DNA of 64,000 nucleotides, taken from NCBI GenBank assembly GCA_965221125.1, contig CBDCRW010000007.1, positions 320,001 through 384,000 of the forward strand. Reading direction: 5' to 3'. Below, piece after piece: positions 9,448-20,100 of this stretch; position 1 is the first letter of the stretch; each line of letters opens with the position of its first letter. The notes beneath the pieces are model-generated. The model had not been told where the DNA came from. It did not search any database and saw nothing but the letters and a program-made list of their open reading frames with translations. The position numbers were made by a program, and so were the translations under genes. This stretch comes from Alphaproteobacteria bacterium. Its GTDB lineage: Bacteria > Pseudomonadota > Alphaproteobacteria > UBA828.

Positions 9448-11131
9448 CATTCCGCCCGCCTTCGTCTTCCTCGTCGCGGCCGTTCTCGTCCTGCTGCTGC
9501 CGGGAGGGCTGCGCCGCCTGCTCGTCCCGGCCGTGCCGCTCTTGGGCGGGATCAACCTCTGGTTCGTGTGGAGCGGGGGCGGCGGGCTCGATGTCCCCCT
9601 GCTGGATGCGCGGCTGGAACTGCTCCGCGCCGACAAGCTGAGCCTGCTCTTCGGCCTCCTCTTCCATATCGCGGCGTTCCTCGGCGCGGTCTTCGCCTTC
9701 CACGTGCGGGACCGGCTGCAGCAGGCGGGCATGCTGCTCTACGCCGGCTCGGCGCTCGGCGCCGTGTTCGCGGGCGACCTCATCACCCTCGTCATCTTCT
9801 GGGAGGGCGCCACGCTCGGCTCGGTGCTGCTGATCCTCGCCCGCCGCGAACCCCGCGCGGTGCGGGCCGCCATGCGCTACCTGGTGTTCCAGCTCGTCTC
9901 CGGCCTGCTGCTGCTGGGCGGCGCGATCATCGTGATCGGCGACACCGGGTCTGCCGCCTTCGACCACATCGGCATCGGCAGCCTCGGCGGCGTGCTGATC
10001 TTCGTTGCCTTCGGCATCAAGTGCGGCTTCCCGCTGGTGCACACCTGGCTCACCGACGCCTACCCGGAAGCGACGCCGACCGGCATGGTCTTCCTGAGCG
10101 CGTTCACGACCAAGCTCGCGGTCTACGCGCTGGCGCGGGGCTATGCCGGCACCGAGGTGCTGATCCCCATCGGCACGGCGATGACGGCGTTTCCCATCTT
10201 CTACGCGGTGATCGAGAACGACCTCCGCCGTGTGCTCGCCTACAGCATGATCAACCAGATCGGCTTCATGGTGGTGGGCATCGGCATCGGCACGTCGCTC
10301 GCGCTGAACGGCGCCGTCTCCCACGCCTTCAACGACGTGATCTTCAAGGGCCTGCTGCTCATGTCCATGGGCGCGGTGCTGCACCAGACCGGCAAGATCA
10401 ACGGCTCGGAACTCGGCGGGCTCTACAAGTCGATGCCGCAGACCACCGGGCTCTGCATCGTGGGCGCGGCCTCGATCTCGGCCTTCCCGCTGTTCTCCGG
10501 CTTCGTCAGCAAGTCGATGGTGATGAGCGCGGCCGCGGCCGAGGGCTACTGGATCGTCTGGATCCTGCTGCTCTTTGCCTCCGCCGGCGTCTTCCACCAC
10601 GCCGGCATCAAGATCCCCTACTTCGCCTTCTTCGCCCACGACAGCGGCATCCGCACCCGCGAGCCGCCGCTCAACATGCGCATCGCCATGGCGATAGCGG
10701 CAATCCTCTGCATCGTCATCGGCTGCTACCCGGCGTGGCTCTACTCGCTGCTGCCGTGGGAGGTGGGCTACGTGCCCTACACCGGCAGCCACGTGCTGGT
10801 GCAGGTGCAGCTCCTGTTCTTCTCGGCCCTGGCCTTCGCCTTCCTCAACCTGGTGGGGCTCTATCCGCCGGAGCTGCGCTCGGCGAACATCGACAGTGAC
10901 TGGCTCTACCGGCGCCTCGTGCCGGGGGCAGCGCGGCGTATCGAAAGCGTGGCGGCCGCGCTGGCCGGGTTCGCCCGCGAACGGTCCACGCGCGGCCTCG
11001 ATCGCCTGTTCTACGCACTCGCCCAGCAGCACAGGCCGGGCGGCGTGCTGGCGCGCACCTGGCCCACCGGCGCCGCCGCGCTCTGGATCCTGGTGCTGCT
11101 TGGCGCCTGCCTGGTCATCTACTACGTTTAG
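9437..11131 (+). CDS. Third MnhD-family antiporter subunit
   Basis: HTWLTDAYPEATPTG, DLRRVLAYSMINQIG. Confidence 0.88.
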   Translation: MTSSIPPAFVFLVAAVLVLLLPGGLRRLLVPAVPLLGGINLWFVWSGGGGLDVPLLDARLELLRADKLSLLFGLLFHIAAFLGAVFAFHVRDRLQQAGMLLYAGSALGAVFAGDLITLVIFWEGATLGSVLLILARREPRAVRAAMRYLVFQLVSGLLLLGGAIIVIGDTGSAAFDHIGIGSLGGVLIFVAFGIKCGFPLVHTWLTDAYPEATPTGMVFLSAFTTKLAVYALARGYAGTEVLIPIGTAMTAFPIFYAVIENDLRRVLAYSMINQIGFMVVGIGIGTSLALNGAVSHAFNDVIFKGLLLMSMGAVLHQTGKINGSELGGLYKSMPQTTGLCIVGAASISAFPLFSGFVSKSMVMSAAAAEGYWIVWILLLFASAGVFHHAGIKIPYFAFFAHDSGIRTREPPLNMRIAMAIAAILCIVIGCYPAWLYSLLPWEVGYVPYTGSHVLVQVQLLFFSALAFAFLNLVGLYPPELRSANIDSDWLYRRLVPGAARRIESVAAALAGFARERSTRGLDRLFYALAQQHRPGGVLARTWPTGAAALWILVLLGACLVIYYV

Positions 11132-11170
11132 AGCGCGTCCGACGCCGGCGCGGCAGGGGGCACTGCGGCC

Positions 11171-11821
11171 ATGAAGATGAACGGCGAGTTCCGGGTCCCG
11201 ACCGATCGGGAGACGGTGTGGCGGGCGCTCAACGACCCCGAGGTCCTGAAGGAATGCCTGCCCGGCTGCCAGGAGATCGAGAAGACTTCGGACACCGAGA
11301 TGACCGCGACGCTCGCTCTGAAGGTGGGGCCGGTCAAGGCGACCTTCGCGGGCGGCGTCACCCTCTCCGACCTCGACCCGCCCAACGGCTACACCCTCTC
11401 CGGCCAGGGGCAGGGGGGGACCGCCGGCTTCGCCTCCGGCGAGGCCAAGGTGCGGCTGGTGGAAGAGGGTGGCGAGACGGTCGTGCACTACGACGTGGAT
11501 GCGAAGGTCGGCGGCAAGCTCGCGCAGATCGGCTCGCGCCTCATCGATTCCACGGCGAAGAAGCTCGCCAAGCAGTTCTTCGACAGCCTCGCCGAAAAAC
11601 TCGGCGGCGGCGACGCGGCGGAGCCCGAGCCCGCACCGCCAGCACCCGCCCAGCCGGAGGCGCCGGCTGCCGATGCCCCGGAGCAAGATCCCCCGGCCGC
11701 GGATGCCGGCCCGCCGCTCGCCCCGGCGGCAAAGCGCATGGGCCTCCCCACCGCGGCCTGGGCGGCGGCGGTGGTCGCGGTCGCCGTGGTCCTGATCCTC
11801 GTGTTCACCGGCGTGATCTGA
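11171..11821 (+). CDS. coxG: CoxG/SRPBCC protein with C-terminal membrane anchor
   Basis: LNDPEVLKECLPGC, VGGKLAQIGSRLI, Pro/Ala linker, terminal TM. Confidence 0.88.
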   Translation: MKMNGEFRVPTDRETVWRALNDPEVLKECLPGCQEIEKTSDTEMTATLALKVGPVKATFAGGVTLSDLDPPNGYTLSGQGQGGTAGFASGEAKVRLVEEGGETVVHYDVDAKVGGKLAQIGSRLIDSTAKKLAKQFFDSLAEKLGGGDAAEPEPAPPAPAQPEAPAADAPEQDPPAADAGPPLAPAAKRMGLPTAAWAAAVVAVAVVLILVFTGVI

Positions 11822-11828
11822 GCCGCGC

Positions 11829-12296
11829 GTGGTGGTGGTGGCGATTGCCGGGCCTGCGGGGGAGCGGGACGCGATGGCGACACGGCTGATCGAGACGCTG
11901 GCCGCCCGCGGCCGCCGCGTCGCCGTTATCGCCGCGAGCGAAGGGCCGCTCGGCATCGACACGCCCGGCAAGGACAGCCACGAGCACGCCGCCGCCGGCG
12001 CACGCGATGTCCTCGTGGTCTCCGGCCGGCGCTGGGCGCGCATCCATCGCAACGACCCGCCGGAGCCGCCCCGCTCGTCCGCCCTCGCCGCGCTGGCGGC
12101 GGATGCCGACGTGGTGCTGGCGCTGGGCTTCGACGACCATGCCCCGCCCCGGCTCACGCTGGAACGCGGGCCCGAAGGCGAGGCGGGCGCGGGGCTTCGG
12201 GTGCTGGCGGAGGACGGGCGCGGGCCGGGCTTTCACCTTGACAACCCGGAGGCGATCGCCGATCTGATCGAGCGTCTTTCCGAGGAACGCTCCTGA
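11829..12296 (+). CDS. Degenerate MobB-like protein
   Basis: DTPGKDSHEHAAAGA motif of MobB; the P-loop is degenerate (AGPAGERDA). Confidence 0.6.
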   Translation: MVVVAIAGPAGERDAMATRLIETLAARGRRVAVIAASEGPLGIDTPGKDSHEHAAAGARDVLVVSGRRWARIHRNDPPEPPRSSALAALAADADVVLALGFDDHAPPRLTLERGPEGEAGAGLRVLAEDGRGPGFHLDNPEAIADLIERLSEERS

Positions 12297-12297
12297 C

Positions 12298-13224
12298 ATG
12301 ACGGACGGCGTGGCGATCCCCGCAACCGTCGACGAGACGCTCGCGCTGCTCTCCGGCGGCGACTACGTGGCCGACCGCAACCTCGCGACCAGCCTCTTCG
12401 TCGCCTTCCGCCTCAACCGGCCCTTGTTCCTGGAGGGCGAGGCGGGCGTCGGCAAGACCGCGCTGGCCGGCGTGCTCGCCGAGCGTCTCGGCCGCTCGCT
12501 GCTGCGCCTCCAGTGCTACGAGGGGCTCGACGTCTCGTCCGCCGTCTACGAGTGGAACTACGCGCGGCAGATGATCGAGATTCGCCTCTCGGAGGCGATG
12601 GGCGACCGCGACCGCCAGACCCTCGCCGGCGACATTTTTTCGGAGCGCTTCCTCATCAGTCGGCCGCTGCTGGAGGCGCTGCGCCCGCACGACGCCGGGC
12701 CGCCGGTGCTGCTGATCGACGAGCTCGACCGCGCCGACGAGCCCTTCGAGGCCTTCCTGCTGGAGGTGCTCGCCGACTACCAGATCACGATCCCGGAGAT
12801 CGGCACCATCCGCGCCGCCGAGCCGCCCATCGTGATGATCACGTCCAACCGCACCCGCGAGATTCACGACGCGCTGAAGCGACGCTGCCTCTATCACTGG
12901 ATCGACTACCCGGACGCCCAGCGTGAGCGCGAGATCCTGCGCGTGCGCGTACCCGATGCCGACCCGCGGCTGACCTACGAGGTCGTGGCCTTCGTGCAGC
13001 AGCTCCGCGAGCTGGATTTCTTCAAGTCGCCGGGCGTGGCGGAGAGCATCGACTGGTTGCGCGCGCTCTCGACGCTCGGGCAGGAGAGCCTGGAGCCCGC
13101 AATCGTCGACCAGACCCTCGGCGTCCTGCTCAAGTACCAGGACGACATCGAGAAGGCGCGGGGCGGCGAGACGCGGCGTATCCTTGCGGATGTCGCGGCC
13201 GGGATGGCCGCCGTCGCGGAGTAG
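12298..13224 (+). CDS. coxD: MoxR-family AAA+ ATPase (CoxD-like)
   Basis: LEGEAGVGKT, LLIDELDRAD, TSNRTREIHDALKRRC. Confidence 0.9.
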   Translation: MTDGVAIPATVDETLALLSGGDYVADRNLATSLFVAFRLNRPLFLEGEAGVGKTALAGVLAERLGRSLLRLQCYEGLDVSSAVYEWNYARQMIEIRLSEAMGDRDRQTLAGDIFSERFLISRPLLEALRPHDAGPPVLLIDELDRADEPFEAFLLEVLADYQITIPEIGTIRAAEPPIVMITSNRTREIHDALKRRCLYHWIDYPDAQREREILRVRVPDADPRLTYEVVAFVQQLRELDFFKSPGVAESIDWLRALSTLGQESLEPAIVDQTLGVLLKYQDDIEKARGGETRRILADVAAGMAAVAE

Positions 13225-13264
13225 GGCGCGGGCGTCCGTCGCGCGCAACAGGGGAGGAAGCCCG

Positions 13265-13597
13265 ATGAGTGCGGAACACGCCGGGCAGGAAGACATTCTG
13301 GGCACCGCCGCGCGCTGGCGGGACGAGGGCAGGGAGGTTGCGCTCGCCACCGTCATCGCGACCTGGGGCTCCTCGCCCCGCCCCGTGGGCAGCCAGCTCG
13401 TCGCCGACGGCGACGGCCGCTTCGAGGGCTCGGTCTCCGGCGGCTGCATCGAGGGCGCGGTGATCGAGGAGGCGCGCAAGGTCATGGGCGCAGGCCGGCC
13501 GAGCGTGCTCGAGTTCGGCGTCTCCAACGAGCAGGCGTGGGAGGTGGGCCTCGCCTGCGGCGGCACCGTGCGCGTGCTCGTCGAGCGGGTCGAGTGA
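13265..13597 (+). CDS. XdhC/CoxI N-terminal domain protein
   Basis: TWGSSPRPVGS, GSVSGGCIEG, GLACGG. Confidence 0.88.
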   Translation: MSAEHAGQEDILGTAARWRDEGREVALATVIATWGSSPRPVGSQLVADGDGRFEGSVSGGCIEGAVIEEARKVMGAGRPSVLEFGVSNEQAWEVGLACGGTVRVLVERVE

Positions 13598-13607
13598 GCG
13601 GGCAGCG

Positions 13608-14312
13608 ATGCGCCGCGCGATCCTTGATCGGCTGAACGACGACCGCGCCGCGGACCGCGCAGTCGCCCTCGTCACCGCGCTGGAAGGCGGCGGGCAGGCG
13701 CTGGTCTATCCGGGAGGCGAGGTCGCGGGCGATGCCCTGCCCGAGGCCGTGACGCAGGCGGCGCAGGACGCGCTCCGCGCCGACCGCAGCCGGCAGGTGG
13801 AGGAGGGCGCGGAAACGTGGTTCGTCCACGTCCACAACCCGGCAGCGCGCATGGTCATCGTCGGCGCCGTCCACATCACCCAGGCGCTGGCGGGCATGGC
13901 CGAGGCCGCGGGCTACTCCGTGATCGTCTGCGACCCGCGCCGGGCCTTCGCCGATACCGCGCGCTTCCCCGCCATCGAGGTCTCGACCGAGTGGCCCGAC
14001 GACGCGCTCAACCGGCTCGTGCCCGATCACCGCACGGCGGTGGTCACGCTCACCCACGACCCCAAGATCGACGACCCGGCACTGGAGGTCGCGGTGCGGG
14101 CGCCGGTCTTCTACATCGGCGCGCTGGGCAGCCGGCGGACCCACGGCAAGCGGCTGGAGCGCCTGCGCGAAAAAGGGTTTTCGGACGACGAGCTTGGCCG
14201 CATCCACGCGCCCATCGGCCTTGCCATCGGCGCGCGCTCGCCCGCCGAGATCGCGGTCTCCATCATGGCGGAGGTGACGCAGGTGCGCCGCCAGCCGCCG
14301 GCCGGCTCGTGA
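13608..14312 (+). CDS. XdhC/CoxF C-terminal domain protein
   Basis: THDPKIDDPAL, YIGALGSRRT, PAEIAVSI. Confidence 0.88.
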   Translation: MRRAILDRLNDDRAADRAVALVTALEGGGQALVYPGGEVAGDALPEAVTQAAQDALRADRSRQVEEGAETWFVHVHNPAARMVIVGAVHITQALAGMAEAAGYSVIVCDPRRAFADTARFPAIEVSTEWPDDALNRLVPDHRTAVVTLTHDPKIDDPALEVAVRAPVFYIGALGSRRTHGKRLERLREKGFSDDELGRIHAPIGLAIGARSPAEIAVSIMAEVTQVRRQPPAGS

Positions 14313-14322
14313 GGGGCGGCCC

Positions 14323-15990
14323 ATGATCTTCGGCGACGTGCCGGTCGCGGAGGCCGAGGGGCTGATCCTCGCCCACGGCGTGCGCCTGCCGGGCGGCGCC
14401 TTCAAGAAGGGCCGCGTGCTCTCGGCCGACGACATCCGGGTGCTGCAGGGCGCGAAGATCGAGACCGTCTCCGGCGCGCGGCTGGAGCCAGATGACGTGG
14501 GCGAGGACGAGGCGGCGGAGACCGTGGCCCGCGCGGTCTGCGGGCCGGGGCTCACGCTCGGCGATGCCTTCACCGGGCGCTGCAACATCTTTGCGGAGGG
14601 CCACGGGCTCGCGGTGATCGACAGCGCCCGCGTCGATCGACTCAACCTGCTCGACGAGGCGATGACGCTCGGCACCGTGGCGCCCCACGCGCTCGTCGAG
14701 GCGGGCCAGATGGTGGCGACGGTCAAGGTGATCCCCTTCGCCGCTTCTCGTGCCGTCGTCGAGCGCTGCGTCGGGATCGCGGGCGACGGCGGGCCGATGC
14801 TGCGGTTGGCGCCGCTCGCGGCGCGCACGGTCGGCCTGATCCAGACCCGCCTGCCGGGGACGCGCGAGAGCGTGCTCGATTCCACCACGGGCGCGGTCGC
14901 GACGCGCCTCTCCCGGCTCGACGGCGCGCTCGCCGCCGAGGTGCGCTGCGCCCACGACCGCGCGGAGGTGGCGCAGGCGGTGGGCCAGCTTCACAGGCGG
15001 GGCTGCGACGTCATCCTCATCGCCGGCGCGTCCGCCATCGTCGACCGCCGCGACGTGGTACCGGCCGCCGTGGTGGAGGCAGGCGGCGCCATCGACCACT
15101 TCGGCATGCCGGTGGACCCCGGCAACCTGCTGCTTCTGGCCCGCCTCGGCGAGGCGCGGGTGCTCGGGCTCCCCGGCTGCGCACGCTCGCTCAAGCTCAA
15201 CGGCTTCGACTGGGTGCTGCAGCGCATCTTCGCGGGCGTCGACGTCACCGCGTCCGACATCATGCGCATGGGGGCGGGCGGGCTCCTGATGGAGATTCCG
15301 AGCCGGCCGCTACCGCGCAACCGCGCCTCGCCCCGGAGCGCCGCGCGCGTGGACGACGCGGTGGCGCCCGCCGGGCCGCCCCGCATCGCGGCGGTGGTGC
15401 TCGCGGCCGGGCAGTCGCGGCGCATGGGCGCGCTCAACAAGCTCCTGATCGCGGTGGACGGCGAGCCGATGGTGCGCCGCGTCGCGGCGGCAGCTCTGGC
15501 ATCGAAAGCTAAGCCGGTGGTGGTCGTGACCGGCCACGAGGCCGAGCGGGTCCGGGCGGCGCTCGCGGGCCTCGACGTGTCGTTCGCGCACAATCCCGAC
15601 TACGCAGAGGGCATGAGCAGCTCGCTGCAGCGCGGCGTCGAGGCGCTCGATCCGGGGCAGGCCGCCGGGCTTGACGGCGCCGTGGTCTGCCTCGGCGACA
15701 TGCCGCGCACGAGCGCCGACCTGATCGACCGGCTGATCGCCGGCTTCAACCCGTTCGAAGGCCGCGCCATCGGCGTGCCCACCTACCGCGGCAAGCGCGG
15801 CAACCCCGTGCTGTGGGCGCAGCGCTACTTCGGCGAGATCCGCAGCCTCTCGGGCGACGTGGGCGCGCGCCACCTGATCGGCGACCACGCGGACGCGGTG
15901 TACGAGGTCGAGAGCCCCGATCATTCCGTGACCATCGACGTGGATACGCCCGAAGCCCTCGATGCCCTCCGCCCCGCCGCCGCCCGCTGA
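14323..15990 (+). CDS. Molybdopterin-binding domain / MocA-type NTP transferase fusion
   Basis: GMPVDPGNLL in the N-terminal half; LAAGQSRRMG…NKLL and LGDMP in the C-terminal half. Confidence 0.85.
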   Translation: MIFGDVPVAEAEGLILAHGVRLPGGAFKKGRVLSADDIRVLQGAKIETVSGARLEPDDVGEDEAAETVARAVCGPGLTLGDAFTGRCNIFAEGHGLAVIDSARVDRLNLLDEAMTLGTVAPHALVEAGQMVATVKVIPFAASRAVVERCVGIAGDGGPMLRLAPLAARTVGLIQTRLPGTRESVLDSTTGAVATRLSRLDGALAAEVRCAHDRAEVAQAVGQLHRRGCDVILIAGASAIVDRRDVVPAAVVEAGGAIDHFGMPVDPGNLLLLARLGEARVLGLPGCARSLKLNGFDWVLQRIFAGVDVTASDIMRMGAGGLLMEIPSRPLPRNRASPRSAARVDDAVAPAGPPRIAAVVLAAGQSRRMGALNKLLIAVDGEPMVRRVAAAALASKAKPVVVVTGHEAERVRAALAGLDVSFAHNPDYAEGMSSSLQRGVEALDPGQAAGLDGAVVCLGDMPRTSADLIDRLIAGFNPFEGRAIGVPTYRGKRGNPVLWAQRYFGEIRSLSGDVGARHLIGDHADAVYEVESPDHSVTIDVDTPEALDALRPAAAR

Positions 15991-17131
15991 GGGCGAGGGG
16001 GCGGCGGACCAGGGCGCTGTCCTCCTCACGCCCGGCCCGCTCACCACCCGGCGCGAGACCCGCGCGGCGATGGACCGCGACTGGGGCTCGCGCGATCAGG
16101 CCTTCATCGAGTTGACCGCGCGCGTGCGCCGGCGCCTGCTCGCGCTCGCCAACGCTGGCGATGAGTTCACGTGCGTGCCGATGCAGGGGAGCGGCACCTT
16201 CGCGGTGGAAGCCCAGCTCGGCACGCTGGTTCCCCGCGACGGCCACCTGCTGATCCTGATCGGCGGCGCCTACGGCCGGCGCATGGCGGAGATCTGCCGC
16301 CGCGCGGGCCGCGCCCACAGCGTGCTGGAGACCGACGAGGCCGTGCCGCCGACGGCCGCGGCGGTGGCCGAGCGGCTCGCGGCGGAGCCCGCGATCACCG
16401 ATGTCGCGCTGGTTCACTGCGAGACCACGACCGGCATCCTCAACCCGCTGGCCGAGATCGCCGCCGCCGTGAGCCAAGCCGGCCGCCGCCTCCACGTGGA
16501 CGCCATGAGCTCCTTCGGCGGCATCCCCATCGACCTCGCGCGGCTGCCGCTCGCGAGCCTTGCCGCCTCCGCCAACAAGTGCCTCGAAGGCGCGCCCGGA
16601 GTGGGCTTCGTCATCGCGCGCACCGACCATCTCGCGGCCTGCGCCGACAACGCCCACGCCGTGAGCCTCGACCTGCACGCGCAGTGGGCGGGGCTGGAGG
16701 CCAACGGCCAGTGGCGCTTCACGCCGCCCACCCACATCCTCGCCGCGCTCGACCGCGCGCTGGATGCGCTCGACGCGGAAGGCGGCGTCGCCGGCCGCTT
16801 CGCCCGCTACTGGGAGACCTGCCGCACCCTGGTGGACGGCCTGCGCGCCCTCGGCTTCGAGACGCTGCTGGAGGACGCCGTGCAGGCGCCGATCATCGTG
16901 ACCTTCCGCGCGCCGGCCGATGCGGCCTGGGACTTCCAGAGCTTCTACGACCGGCTCGCGACGCGGGGCTTCGTGATCTACCCCGGCAAGCTCGCACAGG
17001 TGGAGAGCTTCCGCGTGGGCTGCATCGGCGCCTTCCGCGCCGACGTCATGGCCCGCTTCGTCGACGCGGCGGATGCCGTGCTGCGGGAGATGGGGATGAG
17101 CAGCGGCGCAGCACCGTCTTCCAAGGCGTAG
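15962..17131 (+). CDS. phnW: 2-aminoethylphosphonate-pyruvate transaminase
   Basis: LLTPGPLTT, DWGSRD, HCETTTG, SANKCLEG, QWRFTPPTH. Confidence 0.9.
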   Translation: MPSAPPPPAEGEGAADQGAVLLTPGPLTTRRETRAAMDRDWGSRDQAFIELTARVRRRLLALANAGDEFTCVPMQGSGTFAVEAQLGTLVPRDGHLLILIGGAYGRRMAEICRRAGRAHSVLETDEAVPPTAAAVAERLAAEPAITDVALVHCETTTGILNPLAEIAAAVSQAGRRLHVDAMSSFGGIPIDLARLPLASLAASANKCLEGAPGVGFVIARTDHLAACADNAHAVSLDLHAQWAGLEANGQWRFTPPTHILAALDRALDALDAEGGVAGRFARYWETCRTLVDGLRALGFETLLEDAVQAPIIVTFRAPADAAWDFQSFYDRLATRGFVIYPGKLAQVESFRVGCIGAFRADVMARFVDAADAVLREMGMSSGAAPSSKA

Positions 17132-17174
17132 GACATCCGTGTAGAACGCCCGCACCCGGCGTAAGGGCGGACCG

Positions 17175-20100
17175 ATGAGCGGCTTCGAGCGAATACTGGT
17201 GGCGAACCGGGGCGAGATCGCCATCCGGGTGCTGCGCGCGGCCTACGAGATGGGCAAGGCCACGGTCGCGGTCTACGCGGAGGAAGATCACCTCTCGCTG
17301 CATCGCTTCAAGGCCGACGAGTCCTACCGCATCGGCGAGGGGCGGGGCCCCGTCACCGCCTACCTCGCCGTGGACGACATCATCCGCGTCGCCAAGGACA
17401 CCGGGAGCGACGCCATCCATCCGGGCTACGGCTTCCTCTCCGAATCGCCCGAGTTCGCCGAGGCCTGCGCCGCCGCCGGCATCGCCTTCATCGGGCCGAG
17501 GCCGGAGACGCTGCGCAAGCTCGGCGACAAGGTCTCTGCGCGCGCCATCGCGGGCCGCGCCGGCGTGCCTATGGTGCCAGCGACGGAGGCTCTGCCGGCC
17601 GACCCGGCCGACGCGCTCGCCCTCGCCCGTGACGTGGGCTTCCCCGGCATGCTCAAGGCGAGCTGGGGCGGCGGCGGGCGCGGCATGCGCATGGTCGAGG
17701 GCGAGGACGCGTTCGAGGCGGCGCTGCTGGCGGCGCGGCGCGAGGCAGACGCCGCCTTCGGCAAGGACGACATCTACTTCGAGCGCTTCATCCGGCGCGC
17801 CCGCCACCTCGAGGTCCAGGTGCTGGCGGATTCTCAAGGGCGGATCGTCCACCTCTTCGAGCGCGACTGCTCGGTGCAGCGGCGCAACCAGAAGATCGTG
17901 GAGTGCGCGCCGGCCCCCGGCATCGGCCGGGAGGAACGCGACGCGCTCACCGGCTACGCGCTCGCCATCGCGCAGGCGGCCGACTATCTGAACGCGGGCA
18001 CGGTGGAGTTCCTGCACGACCTCGACACCGGCCGGTTTCACTTCATCGAGGTCAACCCGCGCATCCAGGTGGAGCACACGGTCACCGAGCAGGTCACCGG
18101 CGTCGACCTGGTGCGGGCGCAGATCCGCGTGGCCGAGGGCGGCGCCATCGGCGAGGGGCCGGACGACGCCTGCCCGCCGCAGGACGAGATATCGCTGCGG
18201 GGCCACGCCGTGCAGTGCCGCATCACGACCGAGGACCCGCTCGACCGCTTCATCCCGGACTACGGCCGCATCACCGCCTACCGCGCCGCCACCGGCTTCG
18301 GCATCCGCCTCGACGGCGGCACGGCGTACACCGGCGCGGTCATCACCCGGCACTACGATTCGCTGCTGGAGAAGGTGACCGCCTGGGCGTCCTCGCGCGA
18401 GGGCGCGATCGACCGCATGCGCCGCGCGCTGCAGGAGTTCCGCATTCGCGGCGTCGCCACCAACATCGACTTTCTCGAACGCCTCGTGGGCGACGAGGCG
18501 TTCCGCCAGGGCCAGGTGACGACCCGCTTCATCGACGACAACCCGGAGCTGCTGGCCTTCGCCCGCCCGCGCGATCGCGCGAGCCGGCTGCTGCGCTACA
18601 TCGCTGAGACGACCGTCAACGGGCACCCGGAGGTGAAGGGCCGGCCCAAGCCGCCGGCCTACGCCCGCAACCCCGCCCCGCCGCCGCTCCACGCGGACGA
18701 GCCTGCGCCGGGCGCGAAGGCGCTGCTCGACGCGCAAGGGCCGGAGGCGGTCGCCGCCTGGATGCTGGGGCGCACGCCCGTGCTCGTCACCGACACCACC
18801 ATGCGGGATGCGCACCAGTCGCTGCTCGCGACGCGGATGCGCACGCACGACCTCTGCCAGGTGGCGGACGCCTACGCCCACAACCTGCCGCAGCTCTTCT
18901 CGCTGGAATGCTGGGGCGGCGCCACCTTCGACGTGGCGCTGCGTTTCCTGGGCGAATGCCCGTGGGAACGTCTCCAGCGCTTGCGCACGCAGGTGCCCAA
19001 CATCCTGCTGCAGATGCTGCTCCGGGCCTCCAACGGGGTTGGCTACACCAACTACCCGGACAACGTGGTGCAGGGCTTCGTCGCCCAGGCCGCGGACTCA
19101 GGCGTCGACGTCTTCCGCATCTTCGATCCGCTCAACTCGGTGGAGAACATGCGCGTGGCGGTCGATGCCGTGCTGGAGACCGGGCGGCTCTGCGAGGCCG
19201 CCATCTGCTACACCGGCGACCTGCACGATGCGCGCCGCAGCCGCTACGACCTCGACTACTACGTGCGGATGGCGCGCGAACTGCGCGACGCGGGCACCCA
19301 CATCCTCGGCATCAAGGACATGGCCGGGCTGGTGAAGCCTGCCGCCGCCCGCGAGCTGGTCCGCGCGCTGAAGGCGGAGACCGGGCTCCCCGTCCACTTC
19401 CACACCCACGACACGTCGGGGATCGCGGCGGCCAGCGTGCTGGCGGCGGTGGATGCGGGCGTGGATGCGGTGGACCTCGCGATGGACAGCCTCTCGGGCT
19501 TCACCTCCCAGCCCTGCCTCGGCTCGGTGGTGGAGGCGCTGCGCGGCCAGCCCCGCGACACCGGGCTCGACCCGGCCCACGTGCGCGAGATCTCCGACTA
19601 CTGGGAGGTGGTGCGCGCGGCGTATGCGGCGTTCGAGACCGACATGCGGGCGCCGGCCTCGGAGGTCTACCTGCACGAGATGCCGGGCGGGCAGTTCACC
19701 AACCTGCGCGAGCAGGCGCGCGCGCTCGGCCTTGCGGAGCGCTGGCACGAGGTGGCGCAGGCCTATGCCGACGTCAACCGGATGTTCGGCGACATCGTGA
19801 AGGTGACGCCCACCTCCAAGGTGGTGGGCGACATGGCGCTGGTGATGGTCTCGGGCGGGCTCACGCGCGCCGATGTCGAGGACCTGGACCGCGAGATCGC
19901 TTTCCCGGAATCGGTGGTCGGCCTCTTTCGCGGCGAGCTCGGCCGGATGCCCGGCGGCTTCCCCGAGCCGCTCGCGAGCAAGATCCTGAAGGGCGAGCCG
20001 GCCATCGAAGGGCGGCCCGGCGCGGTGCTGCCTCCCGCCGACTTCGAGGCCGCGCGTGAACAGGCCGAGGCGGAGACCGGCTGGACGCTCTCGCCAGGCG

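Noticed and set aside
6169-12157. Very long alternative ORFs (1008 aa at 6169, 930 aa antisense at 9365, and many similar across the window)
   Set aside because: Shadow frames of GC-rich genes. The 1008-aa ORF is only real from ATG 7732.
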